Made by a program: the position numbers and the translations under genes. Below, one piece after another: positions 1-10,995 of a stretch of DNA of 64,000 nt (positions are counted from its first letter, which is position 1; every line of letters starts with the position of its first letter). The stretch is from assembly GCA_964612825.1 (NCBI GenBank), contig CAZTCW010000051.1, positions 4,452 to 68,451 on the forward strand, in the 5' to 3' direction. The notes beneath the pieces were generated by a model. That model had not been told where the DNA came from and did not search any database. It worked only from the letters and a program-made list of their open reading frames with translations. Origin of the DNA: an uncultured Dehalococcoidia bacterium (GTDB taxonomy: Bacteria; Chloroflexota; Dehalococcoidia; Lucifugimonadales; UBA1127).

Positions 1-307
1 CACTAAAATTTTCTTCTAGCAACAATTCGACAGCTCTCAGTGACCCTCCAACAGACCATAATCCCGCCTCATAAATTCCCGGATATATGGGATTATCGCC
101 AGATGTTGAAAAATTGAAGTCTGAAGCCTGGGAAAGACGGTGCCCCCTACTAAACTCCGATACAGCAGTTACATAGTTCTCATCGTGAAAAGAAATAACC
201 TCATCAAATGATGCCTTTCGAGGTTTAACAACATATGAATTTTCCATGTCAAATGCACCAAAATCTTGGAGTAGTTCGTAGGTGTATCTAAGACGTGTAG
301 GGATCAT
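1..307 (-). CDS. Histone deacetylase / acetoin-utilisation (AcuC) family protein, N-terminal fragment; the gene runs off the left edge
   Basis: Not in the ORF track because it is truncated. My reverse-strand translation from ATG at 307-305 gives MIPTRLRYTYELLQDFGAFDMENSYVVKPRKASFDEVISFHDENYVTAVSEF...TSGDNPIYPGIYEAGLWSVGGSLRAVELL. This is collinear with the conserved N-terminus of AcuC/class-I HDAC proteins (H-x-x-x-Y, G-x-D-x-P-x-F/Y-x-G, VGGSL). Confidence 0.6.
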   Translation of the reverse strand, partial: MIPTRLRYTYELLQDFGAFDMENSYVVKPRKASFDEVISFHDENYVTAVSEFSRGHRLSQASDFNFSTSGDNPIYPGIYEAGLWSVGGSLRAVELLLEENFS

Positions 308-582
308 TACGTGGTTTTCTCCAAGAGAATGACTAGCCAGCACTCCGTCATAAATAAATGCCTTCTTGGTCCGGCCCAAGTTTTCATCCAGTTCAACGAT
401 TTTTGGTACTCCTTGTGCAAATTTCAGCCTACATCTATTCGCATCCCATGTAAATCATTATTCAAAGGCCATAACACCAATCTCCAATTTAGTTTTCTGA
501 GTGATATACCGTTAGGGTTGCTTTGTGGAACTGGAACTGAGACAATGAAAGAACAGGTTGCGAACTATTGGGGGTGTCTTAA

Positions 583-786
583 ATGGGATTTATTCGCGGG
601 ATAGGAGTTCCAGAACTTCTAATCGTTTTAGCCATAGTGTTGCTTATTTTTGGAACTACACGGCTTCCTAAATTAGCAAGTTCCATGGGTAAAGCAGTTA
701 GAGAATTCCGCAAGGCCACGGATGAAGGCGCAAAAAGGGGACGTAACTCCAGGAAGGGAAGTCGTTCCGGCACGGGCAAATCATAA
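583..786 (+). CDS. tatA: Twin-arginine translocase subunit TatA/E
   Basis: 67 aa. N-terminal TM helix then amphipathic helix: MGFIRGIGVPELLIVLAIVLLIFGTTRLPKLASSMGKAVREFRKA, the typical TatA signature (FG..+LP.lg..lG). GGGGGTG Shine-Dalgarno-like tract upstream. Confidence 0.85.
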   Translation: MGFIRGIGVPELLIVLAIVLLIFGTTRLPKLASSMGKAVREFRKATDEGAKRGRNSRKGSRSGTGKS

Positions 787-921
787 CAGGTCAATAATCA
801 GCGCATAATAACCTTCCTGAATTTTCCTCCTCCTAACATCATCCGACTGATCTCCTTGCGCAAAGTTGAACCTCAAATCGGACTTCTCCACTGGAAACCA
901 GATTCAGAATGAAAGGAGTCC

Positions 922-1851
922 ATGACAACAAATCAGAACGGATCTCCAGATATGGGATTGCCTCTAATGGAAGCTGGAAAACATGCCGGCATCACCATTT
1001 CTTCAAACGCAAGTCCCGTCGACAAATTCATTGAATTAAATGGTTTGCGTTTTCACTATTTAGATTGGGGAGGTAATGAAAAACCTTGGATGGTATGTCT
1101 TCACGGCGGTTCACAGAACGCTCATATGTGGGATTTTACGGCTTTAGCGTTTTCCGACCGATTTCACATAGTCGCGCTCGATCAACGTGGCCATGGAGAC
1201 AGTGATTGGGCTCCTGACGGAAATTACAGTGCTACAGCTCATCAAGGTGATATAACTAGTTTCATATCGGCTCTCCAAATCGATTCATTTATAATGGTAG
1301 GCTTATCGATGGGTGGCCATAATTCCTTTAGATTCACCTCAAACAATCCCTCACTAGTTCGCAGTTTGGTCGTCGTGGACATTGGTCCGGAAAGTAGAAG
1401 ACAAGGCGGTGAACGCATAAGAGATTTTGTGACCCAGGACGACGTTTTGGATTCATTTGATGATTTTGTTGAGCGAACAAAATTATACGACCCAAATCGA
1501 CCGGAATGGCAAATTAGGGGCAGTTTGCGACACGCCTTACGTCAACTACCGGACGGGAGATGGACTTGGAAATACGACAAGGTTTTGCGGGATCCTATCC
1601 GGAGGAGCACTGCTTCCGCTGATAGGAATCCTGAACTTCTTTGGGAATTGTGGTGCAAAATTCAATGCCCAACACTCCTTGTACGCGGCGGAGAAAGTGA
1701 CATCTTAGACAGGGAAATTGCCGAAGAAATGGAGAGACGGCTTCCCTCTTGCCAATTAGTGGAAATCGAGAAGGCAGGGCATCGCGTGCCTGGAGATAAT
1801 CCGATCGCCTTCGAAGCCGCTCTAGGTAGATTTTTGGCGCAGTTCTCCTAG
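922..1851 (+). CDS. Alpha/beta-fold hydrolase
   Basis: 309 aa. HGG oxyanion motif (VCLHGGSQNAHMWD), nucleophile elbow G-L-S-M-G-G, C-terminal His (KAGHRVPGDNP). AAGGAG SD 6 nt upstream of the ATG. Confidence 0.8.
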   Translation: MTTNQNGSPDMGLPLMEAGKHAGITISSNASPVDKFIELNGLRFHYLDWGGNEKPWMVCLHGGSQNAHMWDFTALAFSDRFHIVALDQRGHGDSDWAPDGNYSATAHQGDITSFISALQIDSFIMVGLSMGGHNSFRFTSNNPSLVRSLVVVDIGPESRRQGGERIRDFVTQDDVLDSFDDFVERTKLYDPNRPEWQIRGSLRHALRQLPDGRWTWKYDKVLRDPIRRSTASADRNPELLWELWCKIQCPTLLVRGGESDILDREIAEEMERRLPSCQLVEIEKAGHRVPGDNPIAFEAALGRFLAQFS

Positions 1852-2075
1852 GCTTTACGTCTTTCTAATAAAGATAAGTGACTCTTACGAACAACATAAC
1901 TATGAGTTTTATCCTATGCTTTATCCAAACATATAGTTATAAGAGCATATGGCTATCAGAATCTTAGAAAATCCGTTATCCTCCAAAAATATTGGCTTCC
2001 GGATAGAAGTTAAAATTCGAACTCCCTTCAAAGAGGAGGAGCCCGATCAGCCTTATTGTTATTTCTTTATTATTT

Positions 2076-2447
2076 ATGTGGGCCTTTACGGTAGGGGTTT
2101 CCCTCTTCGTGGCTCGGGAGTTACTGTCTTCACCACAAACCAAATTATGGGCCGAGATTTTTGTGCGGGTAACTGCCCTGATAGCGGCCACAAGTGCACT
2201 AGCCGGATTCACGCTAGTCAGCTCCCTAATTTCCAAAAGTGGCCTTCTTCTGCAGATTGGACCAATACTTTGGGGGATCAGTGTTATTCCATTGGCATTA
2301 CCAAAGATAAAAAGGGGTAATGGAACAGTTCTGATAAATTCACAGACGTATGTTTTTATATCAACAGTCTTGACGGCTCTAGGGGGATTGACTATTGCGA
2401 TTACGATTTTGGTTCAATTAATCCTGACAAACCCAGAGTTATTTTAA
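2076..2447 (+). CDS. Hypothetical small integral membrane protein
   Basis: 123 aa with 3-4 hydrophobic helices. Preferred over the overlapping 1949..2320 frame, which is Cys/Trp-rich and looks non-protein. No recognisable motif. Confidence 0.35.
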   Translation: MWAFTVGVSLFVARELLSSPQTKLWAEIFVRVTALIAATSALAGFTLVSSLISKSGLLLQIGPILWGISVIPLALPKIKRGNGTVLINSQTYVFISTVLTALGGLTIAITILVQLILTNPELF

Positions 2448-2455
2448 ACTGATAG

Positions 2456-2824
2456 CTATTTGGGAAATTCCCGAAGATATGCGTCTGAACCATCCAACCA
2501 ATCAGTTCTGATTGGGCTAAACGCGTCGATTTCATCTGTTTCCTCTAAAGCCTCAACAATATGTTCCGCATTTTCAGGAACGACTATCGTCTGTCCTGAA
2601 CGAACAATGATTTCTTTTTTTTTGTCAATAATAAATTTAAGGGAGCCAGACAATACGAAAGTGATTTGTTCGTTTGGGTGGCTATGAGCTGGGACGATCG
2701 CTCCCTTAGGGAAGGTGAGCCTGCCTAACATTACCTTTTTCCCTGTTACAATTCGCCTTCCTATTCCTCCAATTAATCTGTCCTCTTCAATTTCTTCCCA
2801 GGTTTGTACTTCCTGATTAGCCAT
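2456..2824 (-). CDS. Cupin-domain protein
   Basis: 122 aa. Cupin motif 1 G-x5-H-x-H-x3,4-E-x6-G is visible as GAIVPAHSHPNEQITFVLSGS; motif 2 around PENAEH. Confidence 0.75.
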   Translation of the reverse strand: MANQEVQTWEEIEEDRLIGGIGRRIVTGKKVMLGRLTFPKGAIVPAHSHPNEQITFVLSGSLKFIIDKKKEIIVRSGQTIVVPENAEHIVEALEETDEIDAFSPIRTDWLDGSDAYLREFPK

Positions 2825-2862
2825 TTCCAGCCTCTCTTAAATTGCGGGATTTCTATCTCAAA

Positions 2863-5478
2863 TTATTTTTCAGAATCTTCCTCGGGGAGATCTTCAACGC
2901 CCTCTAAAACCTCTTCGATTTCCTGAGCCAACCTTCCCGCTCCATCAATTCCGTCCGTTTCTTGGGCTCCCTCCTTAGACACAAGTCTAGAAGTGTTAGC
3001 CCTAGTCGGATTAGGAGAAGCAGAAGGGGTAAGGATGGCCAATGAAGTAATCCGATCTCCCTGAGCAGGATGAAGAACCCATACCCCTCGTGCATATCTA
3101 CCCTGCACTCCAACCTCACTTAAATGAATCCGCTCCACTTGTGCTTTTGCGGTGGCTATTACTAATTGTTCGGTACCCTCAACTACCAATGTAGCCGCTA
3201 AAGGACCTGTCCTTTCGTCGACCTTAAAGGCGATCACTCCAGACCCTCCCCGAGCTTGCCGGCGGAATTTATCCATTCGCGTTAGTTTTCCAAACCCTTT
3301 CTCACTTACTGCGAGTAAGCTTCCTTCAGGGTTTACAACGTCCATGGAAATTGCAAAGTCATTACCCTTCAACCGTATCGCCCTAACCCCTCTTGCAGTG
3401 CGGGAAAGGACCCGTAGGCTGTCTACGGGGAAACAAACCGACATTCCATTTCTGGTAACCACCATAATTTCATCACCATCTCTAGCCGCTCGTGCTGAAA
3501 TCAGGTGATCCCCTTCGTCTAAGTCCATAGCAATTATCCCGCTACTCCTGATAGACGCGAAACGTTCCAAGGGAACTCGTTTAATGATTCCTCTTTGTGT
3601 TCCTAGAACGAGAAATCCTCCTTGCCATAAATCAGGCAGAGCGACAATGGACGTAATTTTTTCATTATCTGGTAGTGGGGGAATCAGCACCTTGATCGGC
3701 GTACCTCTGGTCGTTCGAGACATATCTTCAGGTATGTGATAACACTTGAAAGAGAATACCTTGCCTCCATCGGTAAACAAAAGAATCGTATCTTTAGTAT
3801 CCGCAACCAAAGTATGATGAATTACATCATCATCTTTAGTTGTTCGCATACCAAGAACACCTTTGCCACCCCGATGTTGGAGTTTATAGGTGCTTAAGTT
3901 GGTTCGTTTCGTATATCCATTCATACTTAGGGTAACCACCATATCAGCATGAGCTATCAACTCATCCCGCGTAAGTCTTCGCGCTTCCTCTTGGATTACT
4001 TCGGTCCTACGCTTGTCACCAAACTTTTTTCGAATCTCTTGATTCTCATCTTTTACAACCGCCCTAACCTTAGCCTGATCAGAAAGTAATCCAGTCAATT
4101 CTGCTATAGTTTGGGTGAGTTGTGCATGTTCCTCTTCTAATCGCTGACTGTCCAAAGCAGTTAACCTACGGAGTTGCATATCCAATATGGCTTGGGCTTG
4201 AATCTGGGTGAGGTCAAAGCGTGAAATCAAACTGTTTCGTGCTGTATCTACATCCTCTGAATTCCTGATAAGGGCAATTACCTCATCCAAGTTATCGATG
4301 GCTTTTAAAAGCCCGATAAGAATATGATCTCTCTCAAGAGCTTTGTCCAAATCGAATTGAGCCCGCCGGGTTATTACCTCTATTCGGAATTGGATGTAAT
4401 GGTGAAGAATATCGCGTACAGTTAGCACTTGTGGCTGACCATCGACTAAAGCAAGCATATTCATGTTATAAGCCATTTGCAGGGGGGTCTGTTCATATAG
4501 ATTACTGAGTACATAAACCGGGTCAGTATGGTTTCTTAATTCGACAACGACCCTCATCCCTTGACGGTCAGATTCGTCGCGAACGTCACTGATTCCTTCA
4601 ATTTTCTTGTCCCGAGCTAGATGAGCTATTTTTTCCACTAGGCTCGCTTTGTTAAGTTGGTATGGTATTTCCGTTATTACAATCTGGTGCCGGTCTCCTG
4701 TTTTTCCAAATGGTTGGATTTCTGCACGCCCCCTCATGAGTATTCGACCATTGCCGGTTTCATACGTCGATCTAACGCCACTCCCCCCCTCGCCGGCCAT
4801 TACAATTCCACCGGTGGGGAAATCTGGCCCATGAATGAACCGCATCATATCATTGACTGTCGCTTCAGGATTATCTATAAGGTGGCCGATAGCATCACAA
4901 AGTTCTCTCAAGTTGTGGGGCGGGATCGACGTAGCCATGCCAACCGCGATTCCGGAAGCTCCGTTGGCCAAAAGATAGGGGATCCTAGCAGGGAGGACTG
5001 TTGGTTCTTCAAGGGAATCATCAAAATTAGTTGCAAAATTTACAGTGTTTTTATCCAAATCGCTAAGCATTTCAGCTGCGATGCCTGCCAATCTCGCTTC
5101 AGTATATCGCATTGCTGCAGGGGGATCGTTATCAACTGATCCGAAGTTTCCTTGACCGTCCACCATGGGATATCGCATTGAAAATTTTTGTGCCATTCGT
5201 ACTTGGGCATCATAAACAGAGGCATCTCCATGGGGATGATATTTCCCTAAAACTTCTCCAACAAGCCGCGCGCTTTTCTTAAAGCCAGAACCAGGGCGCA
5301 TCCCCAATCCGTCCATCGCGTACATGATTCGACGTTGGACTGGCTTCAGCCCGTCTCTTACGTCGGGTAATGCCCGTGAGACGATTACGCTCATCGCGTA
5401 ATCTAAATAAGATGCTCTAAGTTCTTCGTCTATCCGGCGGGGTTGAATATTTCCTATATTATCCGAATTAGTGGTCAT
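2863..5478 (-). CDS. gyrA: DNA gyrase subunit A
   Basis: 871 aa. [30 protein letters not shown], active-site Tyr context [11 protein letters not shown]-terminal beta-pinwheel repeats and an acidic tail. Directly downstream of gyrB. Confidence 0.97.
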   Translation of the reverse strand: MTTNSDNIGNIQPRRIDEELRASYLDYAMSVIVSRALPDVRDGLKPVQRRIMYAMDGLGMRPGSGFKKSARLVGEVLGKYHPHGDASVYDAQVRMAQKFSMRYPMVDGQGNFGSVDNDPPAAMRYTEARLAGIAAEMLSDLDKNTVNFATNFDDSLEEPTVLPARIPYLLANGASGIAVGMATSIPPHNLRELCDAIGHLIDNPEATVNDMMRFIHGPDFPTGGIVMAGEGGSGVRSTYETGNGRILMRGRAEIQPFGKTGDRHQIVITEIPYQLNKASLVEKIAHLARDKKIEGISDVRDESDRQGMRVVVELRNHTDPVYVLSNLYEQTPLQMAYNMNMLALVDGQPQVLTVRDILHHYIQFRIEVITRRAQFDLDKALERDHILIGLLKAIDNLDEVIALIRNSEDVDTARNSLISRFDLTQIQAQAILDMQLRRLTALDSQRLEEEHAQLTQTIAELTGLLSDQAKVRAVVKDENQEIRKKFGDKRRTEVIQEEARRLTRDELIAHADMVVTLSMNGYTKRTNLSTYKLQHRGGKGVLGMRTTKDDDVIHHTLVADTKDTILLFTDGGKVFSFKCYHIPEDMSRTTRGTPIKVLIPPLPDNEKITSIVALPDLWQGGFLVLGTQRGIIKRVPLERFASIRSSGIIAMDLDEGDHLISARAARDGDEIMVVTRNGMSVCFPVDSLRVLSRTARGVRAIRLKGNDFAISMDVVNPEGSLLAVSEKGFGKLTRMDKFRRQARGGSGVIAFKVDERTGPLAATLVVEGTEQLVIATAKAQVERIHLSEVGVQGRYARGVWVLHPAQGDRITSLAILTPSASPNPTRANTSRLVSKEGAQETDGIDGAGRLAQEIEEVLEGVEDLPEEDSEK

Positions 5479-5617
5479 GCTATCCTTCCCTTAGGTGCTG
5501 AGTTATCGGTTCCCACCGGGGTATTACCCACCACCAACCATGGTTGTCATTGTCAGTTCTATTTACGAAAATTTCTGGTAGAAGCCAGATAAAATATTGA
5601 TTCCTTGTAAAATTTAT

Positions 5618-7636
5618 CTAGACATCTAAATTCGCGTGTTTCGCCTCATCCATGATAAAAGCCTTCCTGGGAGCAACTTCAGCGCCCATCAGCCTATCAA
5701 ATTCTTGGGCAACCCTTTCGTGGGCATCCTCTACGTCTTCCATACATACCCGGAGCAAAGTTCGACTTTCTGGATTCAACGTAGTATCCCAAAGTTGATC
5801 CGGATTCATTTCTCCCAAACCCTTGTAACGTTGTGTGGATACTCCTCGTTTCCCTTCAAGTTTTTTCATTTCCTGTTGGAACGCTAAATCAGAATACACG
5901 TACTGCACCTGCCGGCCTTGACCAATCCGGTAAAGGGGAGGTTGAGCTATATAAAGGTACCCTCTATCAATTAACAAGGGCATATTATGGAAAAAGAAAT
6001 TCAACAAAAGCGTTCGAATATGAGACCCGTCGACATCCGCATCCGTCATGATTATTACACGATGGTACCGAAGTTTCTTCTCGTCGAAGTCTTCTCCAAA
6101 TCCAGCTCCGATAGCACTAATTAAAATCCGGATTTCTTCATGTGATAGAAGTTTTTCCAAACGGCTTTTTTCGGCCTGAAAAGCTGTTCTAGACTCTTCT
6201 ACATTAGAAGTTTCATCATTTGTCATCACCACTTTATTGCGACCCTGGGGATAAAGTACCTTCTCCACGTTAAGGATTTTGCCTTTCAGTGGAAGTATCG
6301 CCTGAAATCTTCTATCTCTCCCACCTTTGGCAGATCCTCCGGCAGATTCCCCCTCGACAATGAATATCTCTGAGACTTCGGGGTCCTTCTCCGAGCAATC
6401 CGCTAGTTTACCAGGAAGTCCTGTTCCATCTAAGGCGTTTTTCCGTATTACCAATTCCCTGGCTTTTCGGGCTGCTTCCCTTGCCTTCAGCGATAAAGAA
6501 CAACGTTCAATTATTTTCCGGGCTTCACTTGGATGGTCCTCGAGGTAAATGGTAAGAGTTTCAGCAACGATAGATTCCACAATGGGTTTAACTTCCGAGT
6601 TCCCTAGTTTACCTTTTGTTTGACCTTCGAATTGAGGATCGACAATTTTCACAGAAATTACCGACGTTAAACCTTCTCGGACATCCTCACCGGCAAAATT
6701 CGATTGGTCGTCCTTGATCAATTTTTGTTTTCTCGCATAGTCGTTCAGAGCCCGAGTCAGAGCTCCTCGGAATCCCGTAACGTGAGTACCTCCTTCAATG
6801 GTGGCGATACAATTTACGAAGCTCAGGGCTTCTTCGCGAACATTAGTAGTGTATTGCATTGCGACGCTAACTTGTGTGGTTCCGACGGTTCTATCTAATG
6901 AAATAACCTCATGTAACATTTCTCGACCCTGATTCATTTCGGTGACCATCTCCACAATGCCGCCATTGAATAGAAATTTTCTTCGTTTCCCACCTGATTC
7001 AAGGAAAGTATCTAATTCTAGACCTGGGTTTAGATACGCCATTTCCTTAAAGCGTTGGGACAGAATCTCAAAATCGAACTCAGAGGTATTAAATATTTTT
7101 GCGTCTGGTAGAAATTTAACCATGGTACCGTGCCCACTAGACTTACCAACTTCTTGAATGGGCGCTACTGGTCTGCCTCTTTCGAACTCTTGGGCATACC
7201 GCTTACCATCCCGTTTTACCTCAACCTGGAGCCATTGGCTAAGGAAGTTAACTACCGAAGCACCTACCCCATGCAGTCCCCCGGATACTTGATAGCTCCC
7301 GCTGCCAAACTTTCCTCCAGCATGCAGTGTCGTAAAAACGGTTTCCAGCGCTGAAACTCCGGTTGCCTCGTGGGTTTCTACAGGAACCCCTCGCCCGTCA
7401 TCTTCAATTTTTATCGATCCGTCAGCCAAGACAGAAATTACGATTTTACTGCAATAACCAGCCATGGCCTCGTCAACTGCATTATCGACAATTTCATAGA
7501 CCAGATGATGCAGGCCCCTCTCGTCAGTGCTTCCGATGTACATCCCTGGACGAAGACGAACTGCCTCTAATCCTTCGAGAACTTGGATGTCAGCTGCCGT
7601 ATACTGTTGGGTTGGACTGGTTTCTTGGTCTACCAT
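5618..7636 (-). CDS. gyrB: DNA gyrase subunit B
   Basis: 672 aa. GHKL ATPase motifs ([22 protein letters not shown]), TOPRIM motifs ([22 protein letters not shown]), C-terminal [13 protein letters not shown] SD upstream of the ATG. Confidence 0.97.
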   Translation of the reverse strand: [672 protein letters not shown]

Positions 7637-8059
7637 GAAATTCTACCTCGCTTTCCCATTTGACCTGAGGATCCCAGTGAAGATCCTGATTAAATCGATA
7701 AACTCTTTAGTTTTCCCGGTTGGCGTAGTGAACCATAAATTTCGCAGCCGCGGAAAAGGACTCCGGAGTGTCGTAGGGCAAAGGATTTATATGGGTATAA
7801 AAGCTGCCCAAAGGGGTAGGTCAACTTACAATCTTTCGTTCGCCTCATCGGCAAAGACATTGGTGCCTCATGTCTTCGTTAGAATATCGATGCCCGGGTT
7901 GTATCCGGACCATAATTGGGGCCATTCCGGCCAAGTTTACTTTGTATCTGATTTTATTTATCTATAATACCAGAAATTGAACTAAACTGAAAGCCCTTGT
8001 TGCCGTTAAATTAAGCTAAGCATTCCCAGAAGACGTTGCGGATTTTCGAAGCCCAGCGG

Positions 8060-10846
8060 TTAAGGCATCTCTTCTAAATCACCCCAATTTACCCCGGATT
8101 TCACTGTAACACGTAGGGGAACGTCAAGGTCCATGGCGCTTGGCATTGATTCCGAAACTAGCTCCACCAAATCGTTCAGTTCATCGGCAGGACATTCAAA
8201 GATCAACTCGTCATGGACTTGCAGAAGCATCTTGGTCTTATATTCTCGGTTGCGGAGGTGGGAATGTATGGCTATCATAGCAATTTTCATTATCTCAGAT
8301 GCCGTGCCCTGAACGGGCATATTGATGGCCTCCCGCTCAGCGGCTTGCCTTAAGTTAAAATTGCTGGAATGAATTTCTGGGATTGGCCTTCGGCGTCCGA
8401 GCAAGGTTTCAACATAGCCTTTATCTCGCGCTTGATCTTTAGTGGATTCAATATATTGATGTATCCCGGGATATCTTTCATTGTAATCACGTATAAATCT
8501 GGAACCATCTTCCAAGCTGAGTCCGGTTTGTTGTGATATACCATAAGAACTGATGCCATAGATCACTCCGAAATTAAGGATCTTCGCAACCCTGCGTTGG
8601 TCAGCAGTTACCCCATCCAGAGGAACACCAAAGACTTGAGCAGCTGTTGCAGAATGAATATCCAAACCATTTTGAAATGCCGAAAGTAATCCTGCGTCCT
8701 GTGAGAGGTGAGCAAGGACTCTCAATTCAATTTGAGAATAATCTGCAGCGAAAAGGATCCAGTCCTTAAAGCCTGGTCTGAATGCCACTCTAATTTGTCT
8801 CCCCAATGCTGTCCTAATAGGAATATTTTGTAAATTAGGTTCATTAGACGAAATACGTCCAGTTACAGAGCCAGCTTGATTGTAACTAGTATGGACCCTA
8901 CCTGTTTCAGGGTGAACTAATATTGGCAATGCCGTTACATAGGTAGATTTCAATTTACTGAGTTGGCGGTTTTCCATTATCAAATCAATGATGGGGTGAG
9001 AGCCTCTAAGCCCTTCTAAAATTGCGGCGTCGGTAGAGTAACTACCAGTCCGAGTTCTTCTAGGACGACCAGTTTGGGCAATCTCATGCAACCTTAATTC
9101 TGAAAATAATACTTCGCCTAACTGCGAAGGAGAATTAAGGTTAAATTGATGCCCGACCACATCGAAGGACTCGGCTTCGACTTCCCGAATTCGTTCTCCC
9201 AAATCATGTGCCATAGTGTCAAGCAATGAAGAGTCAATGGTTATGCCTTCCATTTGCATTGCAACCAATACAGGAACAAGAGGCATTTCTACGTTTTGGA
9301 AAAGGGCAGATAAATTATGGTCGTCGATCTGTGGTTGGAGTAACCCCCACAATCTAAATGTCATGTCTGAATCGGCGCAAGCGTAGGGTGCCACCCGTTC
9401 AATCGAAACTTCAGCCATACTCAGTTGAGACCGCCCCTCCCCAATTAATTCTGTTATGTTGGTCATCTCGATACCCAAAAGGTTCAATGCCATTCCCTTC
9501 AATCCAATGGGCCGATGTCCTAAAAGATGTCCTGCTAACATTGTGTCAAACGTAATGTTCTTTACAGAGATGCCATAATTTCCTAGGACAGTAGCATCAT
9601 AGTTCGCATTATGAGCAACTTTAGGGATTGTTTCTGATTCAAATGCATTTTTGATAGCATCTATCATGGTTTGGACCGGGATTTGGTCTCCTTGAAGATG
9701 ACCAACGGGGACATAAAATCCTTGTCCTTCCCTCATAGAAATGGAAAGGCCCACCAAAGAACAACGCATCGGGTCCACACTACGAAGGTCTGGATTTTGG
9801 GGAGCAGTTTCAACATCAAAAGCAAATCCGCTCGAATTCATCAACTCGTTAGTTAACTGTTTTAGCTCGTCAAGAGTTTGCACCGTCACGTACTCAGGCA
9901 CCACGTTATTATTCCCATTAATATTTTGAGAAATTGGAGTCACGTCAGCGCCGGGTTTACCGATTGGTACCCAGCTTACTTGGCTGTGAAACTCCATATT
10001 TTGAAGGAACCTGATAACTTCCTGCCTGTTAAATTGCCCCCATTTACTGGCTTCAAAATCTAATGTGACGGGTGCATCCCGGACTATTGTAACTAGTTCA
10101 ACTCCCTGAAATGCTACCTGGCTGTTCGTGGCTAACACTTCCCGTTGTTTTTCAGGTATTTGCGAAAGGCTGTCATAAATATTGTCCACGCTACCAAATT
10201 CTTTTAGGAGTTTTATCGCCGTTTTTTCCCCAACCCCAGGGATGCCAGGAATATTGTCCGCTGGATCGCCTCTTAGGGCTTTAAAGTGTATTAACTGGCT
10301 GGGGCTCAGACCGTCGTATCGTTCCCGAACTCTGGCCTCATCAAAAAGAAGTTGCTCGCCCATCCGGTATTGTAAAATTACCCGTACTTTAGGAGAGACT
10401 AGCTGAAGAGCGTCGGTATCCCCCGTCAAAATAAGAGCATCTACGCCATTATCCTCAGATTGTGCAGATAATGTCCCTAAGAGGTCATCGGCCTCAAAAC
10501 CATCTAATTCAAAAATTGGAACCTTAAATGTCTCCATTAACCGTCGGACATGAGGAAATTGATCATGGAGTTCTTGGGGTGATTGTGGGCGGTGTGCTTT
10601 ATAGTCTTGGTACTTTACATGCCGAAATGTAGGAGTCGGGCGATCCATTGTAAGGGCAATGTAAGTAGGTTGGTAGGTATCAATCGCCTTTCTAAACATC
10701 TGTAGAAAGCCATAAACACCACGGACTTCTTCACCTGTAGTACTCACAGTTAACGGATTCTGGATTGCATACCAAGCCCTGTAAACCATTGAGTGAGCGT
10801 CCAACAACAATAAGGAAGGCTGTCGGACGCTCATCCAATTATCCAT
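8060..10846 (-). CDS. polA: DNA polymerase I (5'-nuclease + 3'-5' exonuclease + polymerase domains)
   Basis: 928 aa. 5'-nuclease N-terminus, ExoI motif FDVET, polymerase motif A DYSQIELRVLAH, motif B RRVAKILNFGVIYG, motif C QVHDEL. Confidence 0.97.
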   Translation of the reverse strand: MDNWMSVRQPSLLLLDAHSMVYRAWYAIQNPLTVSTTGEEVRGVYGFLQMFRKAIDTYQPTYIALTMDRPTPTFRHVKYQDYKAHRPQSPQELHDQFPHVRRLMETFKVPIFELDGFEADDLLGTLSAQSEDNGVDALILTGDTDALQLVSPKVRVILQYRMGEQLLFDEARVRERYDGLSPSQLIHFKALRGDPADNIPGIPGVGEKTAIKLLKEFGSVDNIYDSLSQIPEKQREVLATNSQVAFQGVELVTIVRDAPVTLDFEASKWGQFNRQEVIRFLQNMEFHSQVSWVPIGKPGADVTPISQNINGNNNVVPEYVTVQTLDELKQLTNELMNSSGFAFDVETAPQNPDLRSVDPMRCSLVGLSISMREGQGFYVPVGHLQGDQIPVQTMIDAIKNAFESETIPKVAHNANYDATVLGNYGISVKNITFDTMLAGHLLGHRPIGLKGMALNLLGIEMTNITELIGEGRSQLSMAEVSIERVAPYACADSDMTFRLWGLLQPQIDDHNLSALFQNVEMPLVPVLVAMQMEGITIDSSLLDTMAHDLGERIREVEAESFDVVGHQFNLNSPSQLGEVLFSELRLHEIAQTGRPRRTRTGSYSTDAAILEGLRGSHPIIDLIMENRQLSKLKSTYVTALPILVHPETGRVHTSYNQAGSVTGRISSNEPNLQNIPIRTALGRQIRVAFRPGFKDWILFAADYSQIELRVLAHLSQDAGLLSAFQNGLDIHSATAAQVFGVPLDGVTADQRRVAKILNFGVIYGISSYGISQQTGLSLEDGSRFIRDYNERYPGIHQYIESTKDQARDKGYVETLLGRRRPIPEIHSSNFNLRQAAEREAINMPVQGTASEIMKIAMIAIHSHLRNREYKTKMLLQVHDELIFECPADELNDLVELVSESMPSAMDLDVPLRVTVKSGVNWGDLEEMP

Positions 10847-10995
10847 ATTTTTTGGTCAGAACCTGTTTTTCGGGATCCCATAGGTAATTTTTCTCCCTAT
10901 CCCACAATAATTGTTTCGACCCCTACTGGGCAGTCTTTCGAGAGGACATTATGGCCCTCGGAGTTCCTATAGCCCCAAACAGTTTCTATCGGAGA

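Noticed and set aside
311-604. 97-aa plus-strand ORF between the HDAC-like gene and tatA, and likewise 1949..2320.
   Set aside because: The composition is odd (rich in Cys, Trp and Phe), there is no SD and no motif. It overlaps the well-supported tatA start, and 1949..2320 overlaps the better membrane-protein frame 2076..2447.
7668-7687. Short inverted repeat AGGATC-N8-GATCCT in the gyrB 5' UTR, and a TATAAT at about 7966 in the 423-nt gyrB-polA spacer, as a possible ncRNA or regulatory element.
   Set aside because: The stem is only 6-7 bp. I recognise no riboswitch, SRP, 6S or tmRNA motif in the spacer. It cannot be evaluated without covariation or expression data.
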